Part shown: positions 1-13,074 of the stretch, piece by piece
How positions within the stretch are numbered: position 1 is the first letter of the stretch
How the letters are laid out: every line of letters begins with the position of its first letter
NCBI GenBank assembly: GCA_028534125.1
Contig: CM052817.1
Coordinates: 34,102,001 to 34,166,000, forward strand
Origin: Lama glama
Taxonomy: Eukaryota
Reading direction: 5' to 3'
DNA: 64,000 nucleotides
Made by a program: the position numbers and the translations under genes
The notes under the pieces: model-generated
Database searches by the model: none
Seen by the model: only the letters and a program-made list of their open reading frames with translations
Told to the model about the DNA's origin: nothing

Positions 1-430
1 AGTGTGGAACAAGCAGATAGAGTCTACTTTTATGGAAATTACATTCTGCTAAAGGGAGGCAGAAAATAAAAATGTGAATAAATAAATACACAAATATAAG
101 CAGCTTCAGGCACCAAGACAAATGCTAAGAAGAAAATGCGGAGTGATGCTTCTGGTCAGGGTATGGAGACTATTTTAGGTAAGTTTCCCAGAGGAGGGAA
201 AACCGAGTCAAGACCAGAATAATGGGATGGAGACAAAGGATGCAAAAATCCAGAGTTAGAGCACTAGGCAGAGGAAATGAGCAGAGGCTGTAAGGTAAGA
301 ACTCGCTTGGTCTAATCATAAACAAAACAAAGTTTAAAAAATTAGCCCAAAGCCAGTGTGGGGAGGGAGGGGCTGGTTTGAGATGAGGTCAGAGAGGAAG
401 GTCTCTTTGCCTGTGAGCCATGGCAGACAG
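1..430 (-). mobile_element. L2 LINE fragment (ancient)
   Basis: Degenerate purine-rich text typical of the L2 3' region read antisense (e.g. agagcactaggcagaggaaatgagcagagg); boundaries approximate. Confidence 0.55.
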
Positions 431-731
431 TAGCCTCAGTGCAACAGGAGGGGTCAAACCAGGAGAGGGATGTGTTCTGAATTCCGGCTTTTATGATAGC
501 CCAGGGATTAGCCCGCGCAAGTCCAGAAGCAGGCAACTCCAGGCAGAGGGGGCGTATGCCCCTTCCTCGTGTACACTTTCTCTGGTTGGTGTTCCTTCTG
601 CCTTTTTCTCTTCTCCTCCCCACCACAACAGTGCTGTCGTCATGAGGTCAGGGTCAGCATACATGATCAGAGACCTAACAGCTGTCACTCCTGGGTAGCG
701 CACTGTGCATAATTGCTCCTGCTTCTAGAAA

Positions 732-742
732 TGCTGACTCAT
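732..742 (+). promoter_or_regulatory. NF-E2/NRF2-MAF (ARE/MARE) motif TGCTGACTCAT
   Basis: Exact match to TGCTGA(G/C)TCA(T/C) with AT-rich 5' flank; second copy TGCTGACTCA at 1381-1390; motif only. Confidence 0.35.
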
Positions 743-879
743 TGCTAGACTCCTCATAAAACAGCAACGAGGTGTCATATGAACATGGCATGCCTACATC
801 TCTTGCAGGGTGTTCACCATCATTATTTTAATTTTAGCCAAGGAGGTAAAAATATCAGGCATTTTTTTTTTTTTTACTC

Positions 880-1010
880 TCATGTGATGGATGAGGAAAT
901 TTCTGTGCATCAGCACAGAAAGGTGAGTCGATATGCTCAAGGTCACACAGCTAGTTTGTGACAGAGTCAGGACTGGAATCCTGGTCTCTGATTCATAGCA
1001 TGTACTGGAT
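880..1010 (-). mobile_element. MIR SINE
   Basis: atgaggaaat...ctcaaggtcacacagctagt...ggactggaatcctggtctctgattc = antisense MIR core. Confidence 0.8.
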
Positions 1011-1019
1011 CCGCAGCCA

Positions 1020-1232
1020 TTGTCCATGGGGCGCTATTGATTTTCAGTGGGGGGTGGGCATGGGGGTGAGCTACTGAAGTGGGGGGTGGGCATGAGTGAC
1101 TGTCCCAGATACCGCAGAATATTTTGAATTCCTGGCCCCTGCCAGTAGCAATCAGGTGAAAAACCTTGTGACAACCAAAAAGTATTTCCACACATTCCCT
1201 GGGGAAGATTGGTGTGCCCCCTGGGAACAGTG
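1020..1232 (-). mobile_element. MER20 (hAT-Charlie MITE)
   Basis: gcgctattga...cctggcccctgccagtagca...ttgtgacaaccaaaaa...ccctgggg matches the reverse complement of the MER20 consensus. Confidence 0.7.
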
Positions 1233-3607
1233 GAGTTTCATGCGCTCCTGTGTAGATGGGAAACTCGAGACACGAGAAGCAGAAGGCAGTTAGCAGCTGC
1301 TCACAAATTCGCTGTGTATTATTTAAACAGCTGTCATTAATACACTCCTACACTCTTACCTTATCTGGTAAGTATAAGAATGCTGACTCAGGAAGACCAT
1401 TTATTTGTTTCATCATTTAACAGGCAACTCCTGATTATCTTGTAAGGCAGTGCTCTGAGCTGAACGCTAAGGATGTGATGTTGAAGAGGGACATGGTGCT
1501 GGTCCTCAAGGAGGTTGCATCATGGAGAGGGCAGAAGTGGAGCCCTGGAAGCTAATGAACAATCCCATGGCAAAGAGGAAAATGTCAGGATGCCGCCACA
1601 CTGGTGATGGAAGAAGATAGACAAGGACACCCAACTCAGATTTAGAGGCTCAGGGAAGGAGCGATTTTCCAACACTGCAGCTGTCCAGAACCAGATCATA
1701 TTGGGATAAAACTAGATTGCCATTAATGAAGATATTTAAATAGAAACTGGATCATCAGATGGCTGAGAAAATGTTAAAAGGTTTAAGCAGTGCAGGTCAA
1801 GCTCACTAAGATCCCTGTCATGTCCGCAGAAGACCATAAACAGAATGTAATCACATCTGATTTCTGTAACGATATGTGACAATGAAGTAACCCTCTATTA
1901 GACTAGGTTATAAAAAGAAAATGCTAGGAGTAATGTTTTCCTCCAAAATGCTTCTACAAAGTACTGACTTAAAAAAAAAAAAAACTTGCCCCCTTCCACC
2001 TGCCCATTCATATAGGGAGTTTTCAGGACAGGATTCAGCCTAGAGAGGGGGTTGGTAACCCCCAGTGCCGAGTGGAAGGGTGGGCTTCTGGGAGGCCAGG
2101 GCAAGGGAAAGGTCCTCTGTGGAAGAATTTTTAATTGAGTGCCAGGTGCTTTTTTTCTCTGAGGGAGCCAGAAAAGCCAAGGAGAGCTCCTTAGCTCCAA
2201 TTTACTCTGGTCTGTGCTGATCCAGGGAGATTGGCAGCCCAAATATCAGCAGAGGACAGTTCCTGACACCTCTGTGACAAGGGAGAGAGCCTCGAGGTTG
2301 GAGGGTGCCCAAGGACCACAAATGTTACACTGCCCTCCGGGAGGTGAAGTGTCAGCTTTCAGCAAACGTTTCCTCTGCGCAAGGACAGAAGATGACTGCT
2401 CTAACTGGGTTAAAAGTCATGTTTGTGTCACTCGTGTCAAAGGGACAAGGCTTAGAAAAATGAATCAGCCATTGGTCAAGGCGATGATTGTGGATTGCTG
2501 ATGGCTCGGATTTAAACTTCAAAGGATAAAGTTATCAGCGTTAGCTTTTCTTGCTGCTTCTGTATTTTAGGTTGGAATTTTTTTTACTCAAACCAGACGT
2601 ATACCAGATACCTATGGGATAATTAAAGAGTAGAATAATGGCCATCAGATTAAAAAAAAAAACTCTCTTCCCTGCTCATCATCCATGGTCTATTCATCCC
2701 TTAAACACCTCTCCTAATTTCAGATATTCTCCCCAGTTCGGCTTTTCCTTCCACCAGTGCTGAACTTTAATTTTTATCAGCCTGCTTTTGATTGAGGGAA
2801 GCATTAAGATGAATGGGTTATTCTCTTTGAGGATTTAGGTTAATTCCTTTTTCTGTGTTCAGTTTAGGATTCCAAATATATCTTGTGGTTGTCAAACCAT
2901 CCACTGACCTCTGGTTCAAAATGCATCAAATTTAGGCGGAATTATTGTTCTTGAGAGCCCCCTTATTTTTAAGAATTGGTCTTTAAAACTCTGTCTTCCT
3001 CCTTTTACATCCACCCTCACCTCCTGTTCTGAGCTACCAGGGTCTTCTGTTATCACAGAAGTTTCTTAAGTCTTAAGTTGTTCTTTCTTAAATTTTCTCC
3101 TTCAGTCCTCTTTTATTTCCTTCTTTGTTTTCCCCAGCTCCACCTGATTTTGGCTCAAGAATTTCTTCCTAGCAGGGACCTCTCCTTAGAATATAACTAG
3201 GGTCAGGGACTCCTTCACATTCATGTCAAAAATTATTCCTAATTTTTTTTCTAAATATGAAGTACTTAATTAACTTTTGCTTAGAAATGTATGGTCCCTA
3301 TAAAAAAAATGTAACATTTAGTAAAACATGCCTATAGAAAATTTAACATACCAACAAAGAGATAAAAATTACCTGTAATTTAAAAATCTTTTTCTATTAT
3401 ATAAGTTTCAAGTGTATAGCATTATAGGTCAACTACCCTAGCATTGTAATCTTACTACCCTAAAGTGAATATTTTTAACATTTTGTTGTGTTTTTTTTCC
3501 AAATACATAGTTGTATATGTATTCTATACAAAAATATTTATTTTCCTTAACTTAAAAAGTTAGAAAATAAAGAACACTTTAAGTTCACTGAAATACAGAA
3601 ATTTGGT

Positions 3608-3751
3608 GGCTGATCTTGTTGGATTAGGGCCCCACCCTTATGATCATTTAACCTTAATTACCTCCCTAACAGCTTGCCTCCAAATATAGTCACATTGTGG
3701 GTTAGGACTTCAATACATAAATTTTGAAGGGACACAGTTCAGTCCATAGCA
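3608..3751 (-). mobile_element. MaLR LTR fragment (MLT1A-C like)
   Basis: ggattagggccccaccctt...accttaattacctc...ctccaaatatagtcacatt...gggacacagttcagtccatagca. Confidence 0.8.
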
Positions 3752-4119
3752 CCCTCTTTGCTCTCTGTCTGTTCTGCCTAAAGTGCAGGTGGCAACCTCC
3801 AGTGTGCAGGATAAGGACCCTGAGTGCTGGTTTCTCAGTCAACAGATGAGCCAGTGGGGCTTAATGTGCTCCATTTACTAAAGCAGGACAAACTAACCTG
3901 ACATTTTAGTGTATTGTTTTCTAAACTCCAGTCATTTGCTCATCATTGTCATAATTTTTGCCATATTTTTATGCCAAGTGTACCATTGTTTGCTTAAATT
4001 GGTTCATGTTTTCATTTAAATATTAAAAACTTATCATGAGATCATAGATCTAATTATGTTTTTATAATAGACATTAAGACAAATATATTACAATTAAAAT
4101 TCCTTTTTGGAAATGTTCG

Positions 4120-4480
4120 GTACTGGGCCCTACAGAGCCCCACTCTGCCGAGAAGGATTCTGTGTATTTCCAGCCCTATTGATACTGGGTTTGACCATGT
4201 GACTGGCTTTGCCCAGAGATGCATGGTGTTCCTGAGCAGACAATTTACAAGGCATTTTTTTGGACCTGCATGATTCTTTTTTCCTGCCTTAATTCAAGAC
4301 TGAAGTAAAAGCTGTGCTTTGACCTAGTCCTGAAATGAAGAAAAAGAAAGGCAGAGCTGAAACTGGCTGGCAACTTACAGGGAATGTGAGTGAGAAATAA
4401 ACATTTAATTTTGTAAGCCACTGAAATTTTTCTTATAGGTCATTTGTTACTGCGTCCAGACTTAACTTAAGCTGACCCAT
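4120..4480 (+). mobile_element. MaLR LTR (old MLT1J/K-like)
   Basis: gaccatgtgactggctttgccc...gtgagtgagaaataaac...taagccactgaaattt...tttgttactgc. Confidence 0.7.
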
Positions 4481-5339
4481 CAAACGTCCATTCATATACT
4501 ATGTAGAGTCAGCTTACATAATAGGAATTGGGCAATTTTACACCTTTTGAGAAACATTGCTGAGTGTTTTTTGAGGGCTTGAATACCTTCTGTAAGTTAT
4601 CTGTGTATTTTTCAAATGACTGGGTACTTTCATCTTTTTGGGAAATTATTTGAATGGAATTTGTAAAATCTGTGAACAATCCACGTTCTGACAAATCATG
4701 GACCCCAGCTTTCCTGCTCCTCTGGCCCTTGGCCTTGAGCATCAATAGCTCAGGGTAGTGTGTCTTTCTGTCACACTTTAAAGACAGTCTCTAGTCTGGA
4801 GAGGTGGTGATGGAGACTCGGCATTCAGATGAACTAAAGACACTTTTTGTCTCAAATACTCCGGTTTATCCTACTGACACTTCAAAGACTTCAAAGACAA
4901 CTGGACTTTGGGGAGGGCTGGGCCTTTGAAGTGGGGCATTGAGAGTGTGGGAATGCTTTTCAGGGCTGGGACAGGTGGACGGTTTTCTAACATAAGTGAA
5001 CTATGACTAAAATAAAGACACAAAGTATAAAAGTATTTCTTATCTGTCTGCCCATTACCCAATCCATGCCATCTTATTAAATATAACTTTTGATATGCTA
5101 TGATAGGGGAATGGCAATGAAGTAATTAAGTAATACTCAGTTTTAGAAAAAGTTGCTGCTATGTAACAACAACAAAATTTGAAAGACTCAGGGCTGTAAA
5201 ATAATATATGATTAGAAGACCTAATCAAACCATTGATTATTCAAAGGTACTTCTGAAGGCCCACCGCTAAGAAAAATTATCTTTTGACTTCAGTTCCCCT
5301 CTGTTCCTCTCCAGTCTGCCGCCTGCAGATAATACTTAT

Positions 5340-5960
5340 CTCCTTTTGCCAAATCGGGGGTCTTCCTGAGCTCTCTTCCTCTTTAACTCCTCAGCGGCAT
5401 GTGACAGTTAACCTCCTTGAAACTCCCTCTAACCCAGTTCTCTGTGAAGGTCCACTTTCCTGATATGCCTCTGAACTCCTAGCAGAGTTTTTGGTTCACT
5501 TTATCAGCTCACTTCTCCCTCTTGTCTAAGTGGGAGTGCTCCTCAGAGCTCTTTGGACTCTGTTATACTTCCATCATGCTCTCTGCTTTAGGAAACTCAT
5601 CCATCACCACAATTTCATTTTGAGACTGATGCTTCCAGCCCTGACTATCCTTTGCCCTCAGGATTTGTGACTGGCACCAACACAGAGGGCACATCCACTT
5701 GGATGTCCTACCATTGCTTTAAACTCAACATATATACAACCATACTCAGCTTCAGTCCAACAGAACCTGCTTTTTCACTGTGCACCACACTCCCATTTTC
5801 CTTGGCATCATCCTTCATTTCAGGACCTCTATCCAATCTATCTTCAAGTGAGTTATTTTTTCTTTAAAATGTTTCTTGGATCTCTTTATTTTCTTCTAAT
5901 TCTGACTTCCAAAATCCCGGTTCAGACTAGCAAACTCACACCAGCATCCTGCCATCACAT
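5340..5960 (+). mobile_element. L2 LINE fragment
   Basis: ctccttgaaactccctc...catccacttggatgtcc...aaactcaacata, diagnostic of L2. Confidence 0.75.
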
Positions 5961-6279
5961 ATGCAGGATGTCCAACGTGGCAGATGCTGCTGGTTGTCTA
6001 TTAGGTACCTCTTCTCCCCTCTTCCCTCATTAAAAGAGCTCCAGTTATTGGGGATGTTGCCACAAACTGAATAAAATATGTCCCCTGTTATCCATGCATC
6101 TAGTTCTGCTGATGAGCAGTTCTACTAGATGAGATTTCTGGGAGAGCTACTGTTTCTGGATAAAAGGTGAGACCCAGACGGTCCATGCCTTTCCCCTTCT
6201 TTCTACCTTCCTTTTTCCCTGGATGAAGTGTGGATGCAATGACCGTGGTTAAGATGTCATATTTTAAGTCAGACGGACA

Positions 6280-6470
6280 GGTTCCTAATCCCACTTCACA
6301 TATTTTTCTCGTGTTGAGACTTTGGGAAACTCACCTGTGCTCTTTAAGCCCCAATTTCACATCCATAAAACTGGTGCAACAATATTACTAGTCTGTAAAG
6401 ATTAAAATACTCATGTTTATAAAGCATTGAGCATGGTGTACGCACAGCACCTCATCTCTATCAGTAAGTG
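6280..6470 (+). mobile_element. MIR SINE
   Basis: gactttgggaaactc...taagccccaatttcacatccataaaactgg...taaagcattgagcatgg. Confidence 0.65.
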
Positions 6471-7771
6471 CTGTTTCCATTTTCTAAACTCCTATTAGAC
6501 TTCGAGTAAATATGGTACGTTTTTGCATTGCTTATTTTGTCTTCTAGATTACCTGTCTCTGGAGACAAGGAGACTGTAATCAACTTGAGGCCACTGACCA
6601 CTTTTTCTGCTGCTTTCATAGCCTCTGAATTGCCTTGTCCAGTTCTAGGTGTGGAGTAGGTTCTTAAAAACCCTTAGGAATTTAATGATAGAGGATATGA
6701 TAAAGGTGTTGAAAATCAGATCTTAGGACAAACTAAGTATTTGCTGAAGTTAGGAAAACAAGAGGAGAGGCTCTAAAGATGATCATTTTGCATTGCATTC
6801 CGCCATCTGTAGCGGGAAACCTGGACATAAATAGAGAGGATGCTGCTGCGGATGGTTTCTACTCTTCACTAGATCTGATTTTGAGTCCAGACTCCACCTC
6901 TCTTCCTATCCCCACCTCCACCCCAAATGCTATTTCAACTCCAATGTGCTGGGGAGCGACACAGATTTTCCTGGAGAAAAACTTCCTCATCATCCCTTTA
7001 ACATCTCAGTCTTTCTCCTTTTATCTCTTTCTGGCTGTTCTGCTTCTTCTCACATTTCTCCTCCCAAAAGGCTGAAAAAAAAATCCCCATATAAAGACTC
7101 ATCTTCTGTCACCCAGAGCACTAGGTCCTCCCGTGAGATTGTACACCGCCCTCAGCACCCAAAGTCCGCCTGGTGAGCCATCCCTGGGGCTAGCCTGCTT
7201 GTGAGGGTTATTTATAGTCTTATTTCTGCCTTATGTGGCCTCATTGCTATGTACCAGGGTGCCCCACTTCCTTTACATCCCCTCCAGGCTACCCAAGACC
7301 CCCCCCCCCATTTTCTATCTTTCTCACCTCCATTCTGCTCTTTTACATCCTTCTACCTTTCTCTTCTCCCTTTGCGCTAACCATCAGTCTCCATTCTTAT
7401 TTCTCGAAGGCTTGGGAGAAGTTATTGAGACCAGGGTACACCTGCTTCCACCAAAAACAGTGGAGCAGAAAAGGGGCTCCTTGATTCAGCGTGAGCTGCT
7501 AATGCCTCTCCCCTCACCGAGGCAGGCGGCAGGAGGCTGTTTCCTGTACAGGGCTGCCTTTTTGGCCTTGCCTTGGTCTTGGGAAGTTTTTATTTGGAGA
7601 GGGCTGGGGTTCTATCAATGGGAGGATCCAATTCTGAGTGAAAAGAAAGTTTAAACCAGGAGATTCTAACACCTTCATTACCCAAGGTTGGGAACACATA
7701 CGTGGACATTAAAGTCTCCACCACGCCCTGTCACCAGGCTTCCTTTGGATGTAGGACCTTAGGGCTTGGCC

Positions 7772-7868
7772 TTCTTTTCTTTTCTTTTTTTTAATTGAAG
7801 TATGGTTGATTTACAATGTTGTGTTAGTTTCTGGTGTGCAGCGTAGTGATTCAGCTTTATATATATAA
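7772..7868 (-). mobile_element. Very short lineage-specific L1 3' end
   Basis: T-rich tail then ttgaagtatggttgatttacaatgttgtgttagtttctggtgtgcagc, same 3' end as the other young L1s in the window. Confidence 0.85.
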
Positions 7869-8676
7869 ATGAAAAAGCCCTGAGTCGGTGTCAGTTTCCT
7901 CCACTGGTCCGTCAGGGAGACCCCGGCTCCAGGTATTTCCCACGTGAGGACGAGAAACACTGGGAGGGCGGGCATCGAGGGCCCCTGACATCCTATTATG
8001 ACTGAGATGCAAGTCTGCGAGGAAATAAACATTCTAATATAGCATCTCTGGGATTTGTTCCAACTTTTTCATGGAAAGAAAACCATCACAGACAGTTTAT
8101 ATTTGGCTTCTTGATATGATGTGTTCTGACCCTCCCTTTTTCCTCCGCTAACTCACATCTGCCACCACCAGCTACTGTCCTAGAAGTGGTTGTCAGTGCG
8201 TGTGTGTGTGTGCACGTGCGCAAGCACGGCTATGCACATATGTAATCTTCAACGTACACATTCAGTCCTTGTGATTCTCTGAGCTCCTTTCAATGGCGGA
8301 GACTTCATGCCACCTTGCTCCCCTCCCTCTTCTCCTCCTGCCAAACTGCTGTTTTGTACCTCTGTTGCAACTGGCTCATGTTTTTTACTTTACCAAGAGG
8401 AAGCAAGAGGCCTTCAGTGGGAAAGCAAGAGGTTTCCAGTGCTCACCAAATACAGATGCTCAGGAAATGGGGGACTCATGTGGCTTGTATATAGGGAACT
8501 TCTCAGCTACAGTACCGTGTCCTGTGTGGGAGGCCCAGTTCACTCCTCACTGTCTCCCAGGCTGCCTGACTCCAAATGTCCCCTGGAATAATTCAACTTC
8601 TTATCTAAGGTAAGGGCCAGCTTCCTTGAACCACCAACTGCTCGATTGCACAACAAATCGGTTATATAAGAGGACC

Positions 8677-8911
8677 TTAAGAAAGACTAAAATCATGAGC
8701 CCTCCTGCATAACTGCCTCTCTCCAGGCATCAGCCCCAGAGCCGGGGAAGGGGGCCCAGTTGGGGCAACTGGTCCATGTGTAAACAGAAGCTGCGGAGTG
8801 GACTGTTGGTTCTGCTCACTGGAGTTGAAGGGCTGCACCGCGTCCGAGTGTTTCCTCAGACTCCAGTACTCCCGCTCCACCTCCTCGCCCCACATGCAGG
8901 CCCTCATTATC
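8677..8911 (-). other. Candidate terminal exon of an unrecognised minus-strand transcript
   Basis: Acceptor ctattttcatccag|G; open frame IMRACMWGEEVEREYWSL...HDFSLS* (supplied ORF 8677..8940); no homology recognised. Confidence 0.12.
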
Positions 8912-9329
8912 CTGGATGAAAATAGAAGGCTCCTCATCATTTATTTATTTTTAGCACTTGCTCAAATTAACTGGTAGCCCTGCAAGCCATACATAATACA
9001 GTGATCTGGAAGAAACTGACAGCTATTTAATGACGGATTGTATCGTGGGAGGACAGAGAATACAAGGTTTACTCTGCAGGGGGTCTTATTTGACTGTCTG
9101 CTGTCGTCCCAGGGTTCAAGTTTTCTGATACACTGTGAGGGTTATTATCTGAAAACTCTACAGCCAGAGCTCAGCAAGGCCAGCCCAGCCTCCCTCCTGC
9201 TTCTTCGCTGGCCTTCCACTGTGGATTGGCGGGTCCTGAGCCTTTAAGAGAAGAAGGCCCAGTATCTGGAGAAGGAAGGCTGTGTCTTTGAATCCTTCAC
9301 CTGCCTTGACCCCGTGATGGGAAATAGAG

Positions 9330-9570
9330 TAGTGAGGGGTTTGGGAAGAGCAGGAATCCTGGAGTCAGACAAATCTGGGGAGTCTTAGCTTGAACGTTCA
9401 TCATTTATGTGACTTTGCATAAGTGGCTTAAACTTTCAGAGCCTCAGTTTCCTCATCTCTCAAAATGGGGAGAATAAGACCTACCTGCCAATGTGTTTCA
9501 GAGGATTGATGTGGAGCACCAATTATCTGGCCTCATACGGGCTTAGATACTCAATAACAACTACTTCCTT
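9330..9570 (+). mobile_element. MIR SINE
   Basis: ggagtcagac...gtgactttgcataagtggctt...gagcctcagtttcctcatct...aaaatgggg. Confidence 0.85.
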
Positions 9571-9795
9571 TCTTTGAATTTACAGCATCTGCAGGATTCC
9601 TTAGGGAGCTACAAACGAAACATGCCGAGCTGGATACTGCCATTCTGCTTTTTGTTAATGGGTTCATAACATAACATAATGTAGAAAAGATATCAAGAAA
9701 ACATACAGGATACCACTGAGAAGACTCTAAAATTCTTTTACTGATTCTACCTGAAAATGTGCTTAAGAGTTGTGCAATCAGGAAGGCCTCCTTTT

Positions 9796-10510
9796 GGAAC
9801 CCTCCTACACTGTTGGTGGGATGTAAACTGGTGCGGCCACTATGGAAGACAGTATAGAACTAAAAATAGAGCTACCATATGATTCAGCAATCCCACTCTT
9901 GAGCATATACCCAGAAAAGATGAAAATTCCAATTTGAAAAGATATATGCACCCCAATGTGCACAGCAGCACTATTTACGATAGCCAAGACATGGAAGCAA
10001 CCATGTCCATGAAATGTCCATCAACAGACGATTGGTTTAAGAAGCTGTGGTATATATACACAATGGAATACTTCTCAGCCATAAAAAAGACTCAAATAAT
10101 GCCATTTGCAGCAACATGGCTGGACCTAGAGATTATCATACTAAGTGAAGTAAGACAGAAAAAGACAAGTATTATATGATATCACTTATATGTGGAATCT
10201 AAAAAACGATAGAAATCAACTTTTTATAAAACAGAAACAGACTCACAGACATAGAAAACAAACTTATGGTTACCAAGGGGAGCAGGGGGAGGAATAAATT
10301 AGGAATATGAGATTAACAGATACGCACTAGTATACGTAAAATAAATAAGCAGCAAGGATTTATTATATAACACAAAGAACTCTATTCAATATCTTATAAC
10401 CTATAACAAAAGTAATCTAAAAGAAATATATATAATTTAATCACTTTGCTGTACACCTGAAACTAACACAATATTATAAATCAACTAGACTTCAATTAAA
10501 AAATAAAAAC
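9796..10510 (+). mobile_element. 5'-truncated young L1 (ORF2 C-terminus, 3'UTR, A-tail)
   Basis: Encodes MKCPSTDDWFKKLWYIYTMEYFSAIKK..MPFAATWLDLEIIILSEVRQK (L1 3' ORF2 region); ends ctgtacacctgaaactaacaca...cttcaattaaaaaataaaaa. Confidence 0.95.
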
Positions 10511-10691
10511 AGAAAGACAGTTTCCTTTTGAGTCCTAGGTTAAATGTGTGACCTTAGATAAAGTATTTAATCTCTCCAAGCCTTAATTTTCTCAGTCTCA
10601 TTGGGATTTGTGAGTGATAAATACAATAACAAGTATAAAGCTACTAATTAAGTGCTGAAATACAGTGGGTGCCCCCAAAATATTACTTTCT

Positions 10692-10761
10692 TTATTAATT
10701 TATAAATAATGTATAATTATATTAATTATAATTTATAATTTATACATTATTTCTTTAATAA
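10692..10761. repeat. AT-rich near-perfect palindrome
   Basis: aaataatgtataa (10704-10716) is the exact reverse complement of ttatacattattt (10740-10752); the interior is also largely self-complementary. Confidence 0.8.
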
Positions 10762-11749
10762 TTATAAATTATAAATTGTATTCATTTTCTAGTTTTGAAC
10801 TGGAATTAGATATTCATTTGTGTAACAAATGTGTATTGAGCAGACGTGTTTATGTGCCAGACATGGTTCTAGTTGCTAGGCATCCTATATATTCTGGCTT
10901 GGGAGAAAGAAGACAAACTGGCAGATGAAAGTTTACTTAACTTTGTTCAAAATAAATGGGATTCCATTAGGCTCATGCTACAGAGTGAATTTTTTATTCA
11001 ACTATATTTTATTTCATGGAAAATTGTCTCTGTCAACATGTAGAGAGCTTTCTTATCCTTTTATATGGTTGCATATTATTCCAAAATGTGTGTTTGTGTG
11101 TATACACACATACACCCTGTTATTTAGTCATTATCTTAGTGATGGTTATTGGTGTTCTCTACCTTTTGTGCAGGAGAAAGAATTGGAAAAATGTTATCCT
11201 CATTTTTTTATTATTATACTCATGATAATTTTTGTAGATAACTTTATTTTTAAATTTAAGTATCATGGACCCAAAATATTATCAAATTTCCTGATTTTAA
11301 TCAGTAATTTGTCTTTTTTCAGTTGCATTAATCTTTCTTGACTGATATTTGCCAACAGGTCATCAATTATGTCAATTTTGGGGGAACATTTTGACAAGGT
11401 TTTGTCAAGTGAATCTTCCTCACTTTTGCATGTATTTCCTCTGGGTGGGCAGTAGAGAACAGAGGTGAGTACAGGATGCAGAGGGAAGCAGATACAAGGT
11501 CTGATCATGGATGTGGTTTTATTTTTTGCCTTTTCAGGTCTTACTTCTTTGAGGACAATAATTTCTACCTCCTTCTGTTCACTCATATGTGTCATTCATT
11601 TGGCAATTCATCAGATATATCAACTTCAAATCCCTGAAAGTAACCAGAAGTGCTTTCAGAATCTGCTTAGAGGTCTCTTTCTCATCAGTCTCCTCCACTG
11701 TAATATGTGTTCCCACATGCAGCAGCCTTCTTGGAAGAGTTATTTTTTT

Positions 11750-12675
11750 CATTTTTAAAAAAACAGACTTTATTTGCAGTTTTAGGTTCATAAAAAAATG
11801 AGCAGAAAGTACAGAGAGTTCCTATATGCTCCCTGATCCACACATGCACTGCCCCCACCCTCATCCCCAACTACTGGCATCCTCCACCAGAGTCTGTCAC
11901 AATTGATGACCCTACATTGATATATCTCTACTACCTTAACCCATAGTTTATGTTAGGGTTCACTCTAGTGGTGGCGTACATTCTATGGGTTTGGACAAAT
12001 GTATAATTACATGTATCCATTATTATAATCTCATGCAAAATATTTTCACTGCCCTAAAAATCCTCTGTGTTATGCCTATTCACTCCCCCATCCCCCTAAC
12101 CCCTAGCAACCGTTGCTCTATTCACTGTTTCCCTAGTTTTGTCTTTTCCAGAATGTCATATAGTAGAAATAATACAGTTTGTAGCCTTTTCTGACTGATT
12201 TCTTTTACTTACTAATATGCATTAAGATTCCTCCATGTCTTTCCCTGGCTTGTTGGCTCATTTCTTTTTAGTGCTGAATAATATTCCATTGTCTGTCTGT
12301 ATCATAGTTTATTTGTCCATTCACCTACTTAAACACACCTCGATTACTTCCAAATATTGACAAATATGAATTAAGCTACAAAAACATCTGTCTGCTGGTT
12401 TTTCTGTGAACGTAAGTTTTCAACTCATTTGGATAAATACCAAGGAGCACAATTGCTGTATCACATGGTAAATTTTGTAAGAAACTGCCAAACTATCTTC
12501 CCAAGTGGCCGTACCATTTTACATTCCCACCAGCAATGAATGAGAGTTTCTGTCACTCCACATTTTCACCAGTATTTGGTTTTGTCAGTGATATAGATGT
12601 TGGTCATTCTAATAGGTGTATTACAGTATCTCATTGTAGTTTTAATATGCATTTCCCTCATGAGGTGTGATTTTG
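11750..12675 (-). mobile_element. L1MB-type 3' end, antisense
   Basis: gagcagaaagtacagagagttcc...gggtttggacaaatgtataat...aagaaactgccaaact...cattcccaccagcaatga. Confidence 0.9.
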
Positions 12676-13074
12676 AGCTTTACTCTTTTATTAATTTTCT
12701 TATTCCATTTTATTGGTTTTTAGTTTGGTTTAGTTTCTACATTGACATTTTACTGCAAAATAATAATACTTGCCTCCCAGGGTAATTGTGAGGAAGAAAG
12801 GAGAGACTCTGACAATTTTAAATACAAAGTCTCAGTTTATAGTCTGCCTTTCTGTATCTTGCTCAAGTTTGATGTAGCTGGAGCTGGAAGTCACATGGGT
12901 GGAAAGTCAGTGCCCACGTGTGAGGCTGAAGTTTCATAAGGTAATTGATCTCAAATACACAATACTTTGTGAGCACAGAGAAGGAAACAATTAGATTTGC
13001 CTGGGAATTGGATGAGACTCTGTGGTGCCTGGAATATAGCAGCTCCTCAATAATTATTTATTGAATGAGGGACT

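Noticed and set aside
540..557. CTCF-like GGCAGAGGGGGCGT (similar partial matches near 1022-1036 and 18861-18877)
   Set aside because: Only half of the core matches in each case
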